From: Euglena gracilis | Taxonomy: Eukaryota | Direction: 5' to 3' | NCBI GenBank assembly: GCA_039621445.1 | Contig: CP154954.1 | Coordinates: 48,897,847-48,961,846 of the forward strand | Length of the DNA: 64,000 bases | In this document: positions 1 to 31,600 of the stretch, in pieces | Numbering within the stretch: position 1 is the stretch's first letter | Layout: each line of letters opens with the position of its first letter | Notes under the pieces: model-generated | What the model saw: the letters and a program-made list of their open reading frames with translations, nothing else | What the model was told of the DNA's origin: nothing | Databases searched by the model: none | Position numbers and translations under genes: made by a program

Positions 1-3
1 CAG

Positions 4-19185
<19,182 letters not shown>

Positions 19186-19242
19186 GTGAGCCGGCCACTT
19201 CCCCGCTGAATCAAACCCCCCTCCCGACAGTCCGCACTGAAT

Positions 19243-19288
19243 CATTATTATTTCTTATTTATTATATTATTTATTATTATTGTTGTTG

Positions 19289-19374
<86 letters not shown>

Positions 19375-19383
19375 CGATTATTA
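19243..19383. repeat. (TAT)n microsatellite
   Basis: Direct reading. Confidence 0.95.
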
Positions 19384-19559
19384 TTTCTATTCGGGGGGTG
19401 GTTCACACCAGTAGGTGTAGGTACGCTGTTCCGCCAGGGTTCGGGACCTAGTTTATTCAGAGTGGCCAAACCCCAAACGGGAGGGGGGGGTAGGTGTCGG
19501 AGTTTCTGTCCGTCCGTCCTGGTAGGAGCCGCCACGGGCCAAAAATAGGGGACTCCTAA

Positions 19560-19718
<159 letters not shown>

Positions 19719-20166
19719 AGTAAAAATAATAATAAAGAGTTTTCCCGGGATATGACAGTCGGTCGACCGGATCTGAAGTGAAACTCTCCAAAGAACAGGG
19801 GGTCCCTACGTTGGATGGCATGAGTCCCGGGTCGCGACTGCACACGTAGGTGGGTGCAACTGGGGGTCGGGCCCCAAATCTGTGGACTGATGCGTTTTCG
19901 GGGCCTGGCACCCTGTGCACAGCCTTACGAAGGTCCAAAAATCGATTTTTGAAAATTGCCCAAAACCAACGGGGAACTGCACGGACCCACCCGGGGACCC
20001 AAGCCAACCATGGGGGACCCCCAAGTGGCCGGTATACACCCCACATCCCCCCGGCCCCTCCGGACCATTTTGGGGCCCGTACAGGCCCCCCAAAAAGTGG
20101 TTCCCACAGGACTTGGCTGTTTTTCAGCCTTCCGGGGGTCAAAAAATCGATTTTTTTTAAAATTAC

Positions 20167-20390
20167 CCCGGGCCGCAGGCCGGGCCGGGCCCCCGGGCCG
20201 GTCCGCCGGGCCGGGCTGGGCGGGGCCGCCGGGCTCCTGGGCCGCCGGCCGGGTCGGGCCGGTCCACCGGCCAGGCCGGGCGGGGCCGCCGGCCGGGCCG
20301 GGCCGGGCCGGGCTGCCGGGCCCCCGAGCCGCCGGCCAGGCCGGGCCGCCGGCCAGGCCGGGCGGGGCCGGGCCAGACCGGGCTACCGGC
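20167..20390. repeat. GGCCG-based GC-rich self-complementary array
   Basis: Dense GGCC/CCGG palindromic units. Confidence 0.85.
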
Positions 20391-20509
20391 TGTGTCAGCC
20401 AAGAAGGACGCCGGGGTATTGCGTCTCCTGGCCGGCCCTCAAATCGAAAATAATAATCGTACCCCTTCATTTCTATTTTAACAGAAATACCTACTTCCGT
20501 ATGGCACAC

Positions 20510-20596
20510 TTGTTGTTATTATTATTATTATTATTATATTATTATTATTATATTATTATTATTATTTTATTTATCATTTGTTTATTATTATTATTA

Positions 20597-20685
<89 letters not shown>

Positions 20686-20712
20686 GTTATTATTATTATT
20701 CTTATTCTTATT
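20510..20712. repeat. (TAT)n microsatellite
   Basis: Direct reading. Confidence 0.95.
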
Positions 20713-22430
20713 TTTCTTGTGTGGTCCGGTTCTGGGGGGGGTTGGAGGCATATGTTTAGCTGTGAGGTCAATGCAAACAAGGGCAGACCCGAATGGGAGG
20801 GGGCGGGGGTTGCCAGGGCTTCCAACCAAATCATCACGAGGAAGTGCCCCTGGACCTGCTCCCATTTAAGCGTTCTCGTTACTGAGATGGACAGTTTCGC
20901 TTGTTTGACCAGCGATCACTTTTTGACCCAACTGATGGACCTTTGTTGGTTCCATGTGATATGCATTTGTTATGCTGTTGCAATTTGCCTGGCAAAAAAA
21001 CCCAAATTTTATATCCCATCAGCACTGCAGATGTGCTGCTGTTTACGTCACTCCGAGAAAAACAGCCAAACGATAGCCAGAAGTCCAAAAGTCGCCCATG
21101 GGGGGCCCGAAAATGTTTCTTTGTCCGGAATTTTTCTCCACTGCGTGCAGGCTTCTTTTTAAGACCCCCGGGGGGGGGGGGAGGGGGGGTCCCCCCTCCA
21201 CCCACCCAGGGTGGCGCGGGACCCCCCCCTGGGGAGGGGGGAGGCGGGGACCCCCCCCAAAATCGGGCCCGTTAAAGGCAATTTTCAAAAATTTTCGAAG
21301 CGCCGAAAAGGCATACCCGGCGCGGGACCCCCCCCCCCGATCGATTGCTACCCCCCAGGAGAGACTGTTTCCGAAGTTTTGTGTTTGGCCCCAAAAAGGC
21401 CCCATATTTCCTGAGCGGTTGCCTGGCTAAATGCCTGCAAAACCCGTAAACACCGTTTTCCTGATTTGGCCCTTTGAGCCCCTTTTTGCAACAGTGAGAT
21501 GCCATGCTTCTCCTGGGCAGGGTGTTGGTGCCTAATTGGCGAAAAGAAGTGTTACGGGAAACCGTAAAGTCAATGATGATTATGGTTTTCTGTGAACATT
21601 GTTTGAAGTTCGCAAATAAGCCATGTTGACGAGGGGCTGAGGTGCGCTCGTCTTGTGTTCCCCTGATCTGATGGCTGTCAAGCAGCTGGACACCCCCCGG
21701 TGCTCTCCCCTTGCCTGCTGGACTGGTGGCACACTGCACAGGAGAGGTAGAGTGCCAACAGCTGAAGGGGGGATACCGTTGCTGTAAGGGTGCTCTGGAG
21801 GAGTTTATGTCGTTTCCACAACCTGGTTCCTGGGAGCGGAGTAGACAAAGGAGACCAGAATGCCCCCATATTTGTCTGGGTCCAAAGCTGTTTTGAAACG
21901 CACTTTCCGAGTCCACCTAAACTGCCAGATGGGGGTCTCCCAGAGGGACACATTCAGTCAGGAGAGCGGTTTTGGTGAGAGGGCTCCGACTCACCACCCA
22001 CTCTGTGGATCACACTGCTCAGCACCACCATGTCAATCCATTAGATGCAACCTATTTTGGGCTCTGCTGATTAGAACCAAACGTCTGCTGCATTCAGGGC
22101 GTGTGGAGTGGGAGGGGGAAGCTCACCGGATCTCACCCCACCAGCCTGCATGCCTAGTATACCACAGGTTTCCCTTGTTCACGGTTAACCGTAAACAACA
22201 CAAAGAGAGGTTTACGGAAAACCGTGAACAATACTCCGTTGAAGAATGTTTTACGGTAAACCGTAAACAAGTGGATACCGGTGTTTTTTTTGCTTTGTAA
22301 TGGCAAAGATGTTGTCCGCTGTTGCCTGGGGCCTAGAAGTGGAGGGCCAAACCGCAAGCTGGTCCTCACGCCGCCCATTTTGGGCCACTTTTGGGAAAAA
22401 CATTCATTGTCTTTGCATATACCTACAAAC

Positions 22431-22644
22431 TGGGTTAGGGTCAGGGTTGGGGTTAGGGTTTGGGTTAGGGTTCGGATTAGGGTTTGGTATAGGGTCAGGG
22501 TCAGGGTTTCGGGTTAGGGTTGGGGTTAGGGTTCAGGTTACGTTTAAGGTTAGGGTTTGGTTTAGGGTTAGGGTTCAGGTTACGTTCAAGGTTAGGGTTA
22601 GGTTTAGTGTTTCGGGTTAGGGTTGGGGTTAGGCTTCGGGTTAG
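22431..22644 (+). repeat. Interstitial degenerate telomere-like (TTAGGG)n array
   Basis: About 35 hexamers, including TTAGGG, TCAGGG, TTCGGG and TTTGGG. Confidence 0.9.
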
Positions 22645-24627
22645 ACGACCAAGGGCGCCGAAGGCGCCATCCGACAATGGGTGTCTGATTGCGGATGCTC
22701 ACAAAACGGTCCGGCAGCGAAGGGATTTTGTTATTGGGGGCGGGGGGGGGGGGTGCGGGGGGGGGGCGGGGGGGGGGTCACCCAAAGGAACTTAAGGTGA
22801 CTTGGTGAAGCTGCCAAAGGAAGTTATGCTCATTTCATTTTTTCCAGCTTGTGGAGGCAAGTCCCCAGTGTCTCTCCTTCGATCTCTCGTGCCGGGCTGT
22901 GATTGAAGATAGAAGAGCGATGGTTCCTGAAAAACGCCGATTTTTTCCCGTCCGAGGATCATTTGGCAGTGATCAAAAGAAGCTGTCCATGAAATGACCC
23001 CATAACCTGCGAACCGTATTGACCAGGATGCTGCAAAAAAAGGCCTTTTTTTTAGACCTGTTGAAAGGATTAAAAATACCGCTGTTTTTTTTTGGGAGTT
23101 GCCAGTGACAACCCTCGCCGGCGGTTGCTCTGAGTGGTGTTCGCTTTGATGGTTTCCAGTTGTCCTTTTTTTTTGGCAGATTTTTTCTCAAGTTGCAACA
23201 GACAACAGCGGATGAATTTCTGAAAATGTACTCTACGGTTTACAGTTTTCTATTCAGCATAATCCAGCCTCTTTTACAGAGCTCTTCAATTTCATTTCTG
23301 CGAGATCTGTTTCTGAGGGCCGTTCTCTGCACTGTTGAATAGAGCACACAAAAGGGTAAATAAATTTCCCGGATATTTCCTGCAGTTGGGAAGCTTGAAG
23401 GCGAACTGCATTGGATTGCAACGGTGGGGGGGTATGTCGATGTCCGGATGGAGCTGCTGTGGCCCACCAAGTGGGGAGGAATCGGATGAGACCCTGCCTG
23501 TGCAGTGAGCCCTTGAAAGCGCAGTCTGGGGTGTTGGTGAGGGACCTCTCTTGGGTGGCATCGAAAAAAGTCGGGGGAAGGGAGGGAACCTGTCACCCAG
23601 CCCAAGCCCAGCCCAGCTGTGTCGAGGTGACCGCAGCCAGTCTGTAACTGGGCACGTCAGCAGTAGCATGGTTTCTGTGCCCAGAGTTGATTCTGTTCTC
23701 CAAGCCTGTCCTAAGTTTACGGGAAACCGTGAACATCATTTCATTAAGTCGCAGCTGCACCTGGTGAGAGGGGTTACCAACGCCCCACAAGCAACCACAG
23801 CCAGTGTTTGTGGGGAACACCTCCACAGCTTGGCACCAACGCTATACTGACATGAGCAAAGCGTGCCTTGTTCCAGCTCATTTCCCACAGAACATAGGGA
23901 CCATAGCAAGAAGGTATACACTGCCCACACCAAATAATTTCCGAAAGCAAGCTTACGGAAACCCGTGAGCATGTTCAGTTGCTACATCGGACATATGGGT
24001 TAGGGGCTGGGTCAAACGGGCCATAACCACAGCTCTGGGGGGTTGGGGACAAGGTTTGGGTCCCATTCACAAACAAGAGGGGTGCAGCACAAGTCTACGG
24101 GAAACCGTAAACCAGTTCAAGTTCACGGTTCTACATAAACTTGTGTTTTTGCATGTTTATGGAAAACCGTAAGCCACCTTCGCCCCGCAACCTTGTTTTG
24201 GGGTCCCCAAACCTTCACGGGAACCCGTAGAGTATCGGCGGGGTGGAATATTCCCAGAACTATTTTGGAACACCCCAGGACCCACAAATTTCCCGGGATT
24301 TTTATTCGGTGCAAAATCGGAAATATCGGGCCAAATCGGGGCGTTTTTCGGGTGGGCAGACAACGCGGGCTAGGTCAGATTCCCGCGGTGAATTATCACG
24401 GTGAAAAAAATTGGTGTTGGTACATGCCGCCAAAGTACCGATGTTTGTGTAAATTTGTGTAATACATAAATATAGCATACGCATATGTGGTACCCTCAGG
24501 ACCGACCGACGTCGGCTGTCATATGCACCGACTGCATTATTCCAACACAACCCTGCGTGGAAATTACGTTGGTTGCCCTTCAGCTGTTGTTTCTTTGTGA
24601 ATAAAAGCCAAACCAAGGGAACATATA

Positions 24628-24694
<67 letters not shown>

Positions 24695-24851
24695 ATGTGT
24701 GTGTGTGTGTGTGTATTAACGAGGCAGTTTAAGATATCGATCTTTTCATTTTCAAAGGATTTTCAAACCCCCTCCCAAATAATATTTCCCTCCCAAATAA
24801 TGTAACCCCCAAATAATATCCTCCCCGACCTGGGATTTCAGCTGAGCCGCC

Positions 24852-25154
24852 CAGGTGTTTTTTTTTTAGTCGTGGACCCCTGTGGGTGGGAGGGGGGGAT
24901 AGGGTGGGTGGGTCCGACCAAGCCCCCCCCCCCCCCCCCGGGGGGGTCCCCCAGAGGGAGGTGGGATATGCTTTTCGGCGCCAAAGACGCCGAAAATTTT
25001 TGAAAAGGGTGCTATTTTTAGCATTTTTCGCGTTTTTTTGGCTGTTTCGGGGAAAAGTGGGTTGGGTCCCCCAGGACCCCCCCCCCGGGGCGCCCCCCCA
25101 GGGGGTGGGTGGGTGGGGGAGGCCCCTCTCCCCCCAGTCTTAAAAAAACCCCTG
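24852..25154. mobile_element. MITE, CAGGGGTTTTTTT family
   Basis: CAGGTGTTTTTTT ... AAAAAAACCCCTG; flanks gagccgcc / gccccgcc (6/8). Interior shared with the copies at 27138 and 50193. Confidence 0.75.
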
Positions 25155-25270
25155 GCCCCGCCGCCCACGCCCTGTTCGCCGCAGATCCCTGCGGGCAACC
25201 TTTTCCCAGGCCCGCTCCCCCCCCATGGTCCCCCAGGCATAGTGCCGCCGGGGTCGCCGTTGCCTGCGGG

Positions 25271-25570
25271 ATGCGCCTGCAGTACCCCTCGGCCCCCTCG
25301 GCCCAGCCCGTCCCCACCCCGCTCTCCAGCTGGCCGACACAGTCGACGTACATGGCTCCCCCTCTGCCCGCCCTGGTGCCCCGCCCGGTGCCGGGGGGGG
25401 GTTGGAGGGGAGGCCACACTACCACGCATGTAAAAAAATCAGGGATGACGTCATGTGAATGATGGGCTTTTGGGGTTAGGGGGTGGAGGGGGGGGGGGGG
25501 GTGGCCGGCGCGAGCGGGGCGGGTAGGGGCGGGGGGGGTGAGCGGGTGGGGGGGGGGGGGGGGGGGGTGT

Positions 25571-25601
<31 letters not shown>

Positions 25602-28600
25602 CGGGAAGGGGGGGGATGGGGAGGGGGGGGGGGCGGGGGCGGTGGGTGGGGGGGGGCGTGTGGAGGGGGGAGGGAGGGGGGGGTGGGGGGGTTTTTATTT
25701 TTTTTTATTTTTTTTTTTTTCTTTTTTTTGGCCCCCGATGGTCGGGTGTCCTTGGATGGTCCCGTGTATTCTTTCCGAGTTTTCCATCCAATTTCGAGTC
25801 GCAATTTTGTCCCCCCCCCCCCTGTCGGGCACCGCGACCCGACCCAGGCCGTTTCCTGGTGCCTGGGCGATCCGCCGGCGGTGTCCTCCCCATCAACCGC
25901 TGGACAGCCATATATGACACCCAGGCTTCCCTGGGTCTCCCATCCAAACAATGTGAGGAATTTAAACAATTGCCAACCCACGCGTGCACCCCTCACGGAT
26001 ACGGCCTGGGTTTGTAGGACGCGTCCAGGACTGGTGCGTCGCTTGCGCAGCGGCAAAGAAGCCACTGCCTGGCCCTGCAGTACACAGAAGCCTGGCCCTG
26101 CAGTACACTACCCCCTCCCTCCCCGGCCTTCAGTCGCCCTACCTGCCCTGGAGGCTGTCCGCAGGTGGACGCTGCGGCGCCTCCCGCCTGCAGGGAGGCA
26201 GTGGCGGACCACGCAGGCCATGGTCAGTTGGCAGACAGGCACACGAAGCCTTGTCACTTCATAATCACACCACAATGCCCCTGCACCACTGCCACATCCC
26301 TTGCAGGGCTTTGTTTAAGCCGGAGGGTATCCGGGGGGGGGGGGCGAATCCGGATCGCATTTATTCACTTTTGTGCATTTTTGCACACTTTTTCAAATTT
26401 TCCAAAACTGCCATTTTTTGCATTTCCCCCCGCATTTTGCATTTTTTCGCGATTTTTTCCAGCATGGGCAAAATAGGCCAAAAATGGGCTGGTCAGCCCA
26501 AATTTGCCTATTCTTTGATAATTGGCATTTCATGTGGTTTTTCAGTTTCTATTTTTTTGGTTCCCGGGTCGGGCTAGTTCCAACCGGGGACCCCCAAGAC
26601 ATAGGGGGAGGGGTCAGCTAGCAACGTTTTCCCAGCCAACCCAAATTCTCCAGCCGCCTGATCCCTTACTCCGTACAAATACGACCTCTGCCGTCCGCTT
26701 GCGATGGCCGGGGACAGCCGCCCGGCCGCAAACCTGTTGCAGACAACCTTCACGACCGTTGGTCCCCAAGTCGACGCGATCACAATGGCCAGCCATTGCT
26801 GGGAGTGGCCCCCCTCTCTCCCTGCCCTGCCCAACCCCGGCTCCTCCCCTCCCCCGGCGGTGTGTGCCATTTGGGCTCCCCAGCCCCTCCCCCAACCTTG
26901 TGGGGTCGGTCGGGGTTGCCTCTGACCGGAGTGCTCCTGCCCTCCCCCCGTAGGCGACCCCTTCCCGGATACGCGGACTGAATGACACGGATCCGGCAGG
27001 ATCTGTGCCACTCGGTCCCCCGGCGATGGCTGCCGCCCCCCCTGACCCCCCTCACGGTGCTGGGGGACCGGCCACCCCCGATTGTCGGCCCGCCCACCCC
27101 CGGCTGGCCCGCCGACCGCTCCCCCTGGGCCCCGCGCCAGGGTTTTTTTTTAAGTCATGGACCCCCCCCCCACCCGAGTGGGTGGGGGTAGGGGTTTTTC
27201 TTTCTTGGTGCCGAAAATTTTGAAAAGGGTGCTTTTTTTTTTAGCATTTTGGCCTTTTTCGGGCAAAAGTGGGCGGTCCCCTCGGGCCCCCCCCCCCTCC
27301 CGTGGGGGGGCCCCCCCCAGGGGGTGGGTGGGGGGGTGCTGCCCTCCTCCCCCCCCTCCCCCCGCCTTGAAAAAAAAAACCCCTGGCCCCCGCTGACGGA
27401 CGGCCCGCGGCAACTCCGCCGGTACTCCGCCCCCCTCCAGGCCGAGGGCCCGCACGCGGCCCCGCTCCGCCCCCGCGTTTTGCCGAGGCGTGGCACGTGG
27501 CTTGTGACATTTTTCGTTTTTTTCCTGTAATGTTGCAAGGGGTTGGGGAGGCACCGACCCCAAGCTCAAGCTAACTCCAGTTCTCGGTCTCCCAGCAGTG
27601 CCTTGCCTCCCCCAAGCCTCAGCGATGACCCCAACGCCCCGCGGGCCGTGCCCACGTCGGTGACGGTGTACGTGCCCCGCCTGAAGGAGACCCTCATCTT
27701 CCACCCGCCCCAGCTGGGCAGCCCCTGGCCGGCCTCGCTGCCTCTCGCCGCGTCCGCCCCGCCGCCCGTCCCCCTCGTCTCGGTGCCCGTCACGCCACAG
27801 CCCCCGCAGGGGTTGCCAACATTTGGGACAGCGCCCCTCTGTCTGCAGAGAATATCATTTGCTGCCCTCATTCCGTTCCGCAATTATGGTGGTCTCATAA
27901 TCGGGCGAAATCCTTGGTTTCGGGCATGTCTGGTGGTTGTTTTCCAGTTCCACACAATGCGCTTCATGGCAGAGGTCTCTAAATTGTTCTCGTCGAGCAG
28001 ATTGAGGCTTTGATGTTGACAAGACATTGCGGCTGTCTTGATTGTTGGGCGGGTCGGTGAGTCCAGCGAAACCCCAGCCCAACATTCAGCCCCCCCCTCC
28101 GGAGTTGCAAACCAGACCGTCATTGGCGTGGGGCACTGAGGCCAACGGACCTACGCAGCGGCCACGACGTTCCCCAGCCCCGTGCCATTGCAATTCCGCT
28201 CCCTGCCGGCTCTTCCAGTCACCCCGCAGACCATCCCCGCCACGCAGCCTTCCCCTCCGGCCAGGCCCTGGCCACAGATAGCGTTTTGTTCTCCCTCAGC
28301 TCCGTGGCCGGTTTTCTGCGTTGTCACAGGCAGGGGCCGGGCCTACCCCCGTTGCCGGGGGACCTCAGCACACCCCCCCCAGAGCGGCCCCTCTCCACGT
28401 CCTCCTTTGCCTCCTCCAACCCCTTGGATGGCACTGCGATCGGTGCCTCTCACCGCCGGTGGGAGCCACCTCCCAAGTTGTGCCAATGACGACGCACACA
28501 GGCCACTGACTGTGGGTTGTGGTTTAGCCAGTGGGAGCACCTATGGGAGCACACTGTGGTTTAGTGCAGTGGTCACAGCCTTTCCAAAGCCTGCGTCGGT

Positions 28601-31600
28601 TTGCTGGTGGTTCGCCGGCGGGAGGCAGCGGGGTCGACGGACACGCCCCCCGGAGAGGCAGAGGTGGACGCGGACGCCACGTCACAGGCCGACAGCGACG
28701 CAGCCCCAAAGCAATCACCGCAGCCCCCCGCCCCTGCCTCCCTGCCGAATGGCCCGCCTGCCGGTCCTCCACAGCCCCTCACAAATGCCACGCCAGCGTC
28801 GGCGGTCCCGAGCTGGCCCATACCTTTGTGCCTGGGAATCGTATGCATGGCTTCCTCTTTCTCTACAGTATTGATGCTGCTCCAGAGTTTGACAAAAGGA
28901 GTTGTACCTAGGGTTGTTCACCCACCCAATCATTTTTTAAAAAATAAAACAGTTGCTGCGGTTTGGGCAGTAACATCCCCCCCCCATGTAGCATTTGGTA
29001 TGGGAAATTTTCCAAAGGTGCCGATCACACCGAAATTTTTGGACAGAATGCTTGTTACCCAGGAAAACACAAGGGAAAGGGGTGCTGTGATATGTGGCTG
29101 TGATATGGTATGAACCCAGCACCCCTCTGTCTTACCACCCCCTCCCAGCTCACAGATGATCCAAATCCCACACCAAGTCTAAACCCATATCCCGCCTCCA
29201 ATCCCGAACCCCAGCCTCTGACAAGGAATGTCCTCATTTCACAACACCCTCCACCCTGCCCCTCTCGCATAACCCCTCCCTGATATAAGCATGGGGCTGC
29301 TACAAGACCCCCCTGAAGCCAAAGGCGGTCAACCCCAAGCACACCACTCATTTTGATGGGCTATCCAAAGGAAGTCAACAAAAATATGCAGGTGGGGTGC
29401 AAATAGAAGCGCACCCCCCCCCCCGCTGAATTGATCCACCTGTGAACAAAGTTCATCCAAAAAGACCCTCAAAAACTGGAAGAATCTTTGAAAATCCCCT
29501 CGGAAGGGGTCACCCACTGGTCCAGGGGGCCAACCTCACCCACACCTGGCACGAACCCATAACCCCCTACTCCCCAATAGAAGCATGGGGGCGCTTATAG
29601 CAGACCGCCAATGCATGGCCTTTTTACTCCTCTGAAGGTCTGTGAAAGAATCTTCCACCTGGCATGAGGAGTTGTTTGCTTTTTTTTTTGAGTTTGTGTT
29701 TGTAGGTTTTCCCCATGCCCCACCCGTATCCTATTTCCCTTTCCTCTCCGCGGGGCTGGCCCAGGCCGGGCCGGAGCTGGCCAACTTCTGGGTGGACGGC
29801 CCCCTCCTCGTGCACCGCTACTTCGAGCAGCTCCGCAGCGAGAACGCCGCGCTGCGCGCCGACGTTGCCCGCCTGACGGGGGACCTCGCCGCGCTGCGGG
29901 CGGAGGTTCAGGCCAGGGCTGGGTCCCACAGGCGGAACGTCTTTCCCCCTCATGGGTGGGGGCAAGTCTTACCCACCTGGCCCTGGCAGCTGGGGTGGGG
30001 CAGGGCTGTACGGAACCCCAAACCCCATGGGTGGTGGGGGGAGGCGACCACCCCCCTCCCCAGGCCTTCAGATACAGCCCTGGAGGGGGAGGGGGGAGAT
30101 TTTTCTGAACCCTGGGGGCAAGGAAGAGGAGGAGGAGGAGGACGAACACCATCCCGAGAGTCTTCCGTGTTCAACATTCGACCATTCAGATTGCCCAGGA
30201 GGCAGATCGGGATCCTGGCCAGCAGTCCCCCAGGCGTTGCACCCCAACCCCCAGGGTTAGGGGTCCACCGCTGGGCATCATTGCAGCAACAGAGGGGCCG
30301 GGGAAGGCAGGGGGGAGGAAATCCCCGCCTCTCCCGTCCTGGGCGGTGTAGTTTTCCGGTTGGTGACCCTGCACGCTGAGAACCCCTTGTGTTTATCAAG
30401 AGGACCCAAAGAACGCTCCCTTCTGGAGATGGCCATGACAAATGTGCATTCTGGCATGCCTTCTGGAGGTTTAACGTTAGGAAGTTAGGGTTGGGAATAT
30501 GGCTAGGGTTAGGATTCAGGCCATTAGGCCTACATTTAAGCTAGAATTTAGCCAACTTAGGCCTAAATTCAAGCCTTTTTTCGGCGTAACCTCCTGACTT
30601 TCTTTCTTCAGAATGAGAACCATAACCTTAAACCTGTATTTAAAAATATCAGGATACGCCAATCAATGCAGAAGATCATCAACTTGTGTTTGAGAAAGTG
30701 GACCTCCTCCCCGGCATTAAACCACTGGGATCCCCCCGGGAGGGGCAGTAGTTTTGAGTTGCCATGTTTTTTTTTCGATCGGTGTTTTCTGGGGCAAAAT
30801 TCATCACTATCTGTGTCCCAAAAACAAACTTGCCAAGCTGCACTGCAGTTGCCCCCACCGCCCAGAAAAAACATTCACAGGTGCATGGGCTCATGATCCA
30901 CTACATCGCCCAGCAATGATACGCCACAGGACCACTCCCATCCCTGCGGGTGACCCTACAGCCTCTCCTGCAGCCCCTCCGGCCAGATGCGCCTACCCTG
31001 GGCCACGCTGCCCCACCACCGGTATTTTTAAATTATTTGTTTAGCTTAGATTAATTTGTATTGGATTATTTAAATTACTATTTATTAAATTATACATACA
31101 AATTATTTGATTGTCAAAAATAGGTCTCTTTGCGAGGATCAGATTCTTATGAAAAAATTTTCTTCTAGTTTCGTTGCTGTGGAAACATCAGCCACCGCAG
31201 AGACATTTCATCTTGAACAAGGGAGCACCATACAACTGCCCCCCCCCCCCTGTGCTCAGAGCGATGATGATGGTTGGGCGGTTGTGTTCATTGCTCCTTG
31301 TATGATCAAAAATGTCAGTAATCAGCAGTTGACCGAATCCCTTTTTGAAGGTGTCATTCAAGCTGCAACACAACCTTTGCATTTCCAAAGTCAGAAAATG
31401 GATTGCGCCACTAGCACGGTGAGCTTTTAGGCGAAACCCGGGTGCAGCCGGCAGGGCAGCTGGACCGCCCTGAGCATCTTAAAATGATCGAAATCCCTGT
31501 CCACACACCTGGAGATATATAGCATCAGGGGGTAGGTGGCTCAGGGGCCATCTTTCCTCCTCCATGTGCTTTTCCTCAAAATCCATTCCAATGCGAATTA

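Noticed and set aside
25483-25735. Poly-G tract (also 34157-34270) as a glycine-rich protein
   Set aside because: Low complexity, and possibly low-quality consensus sequence.
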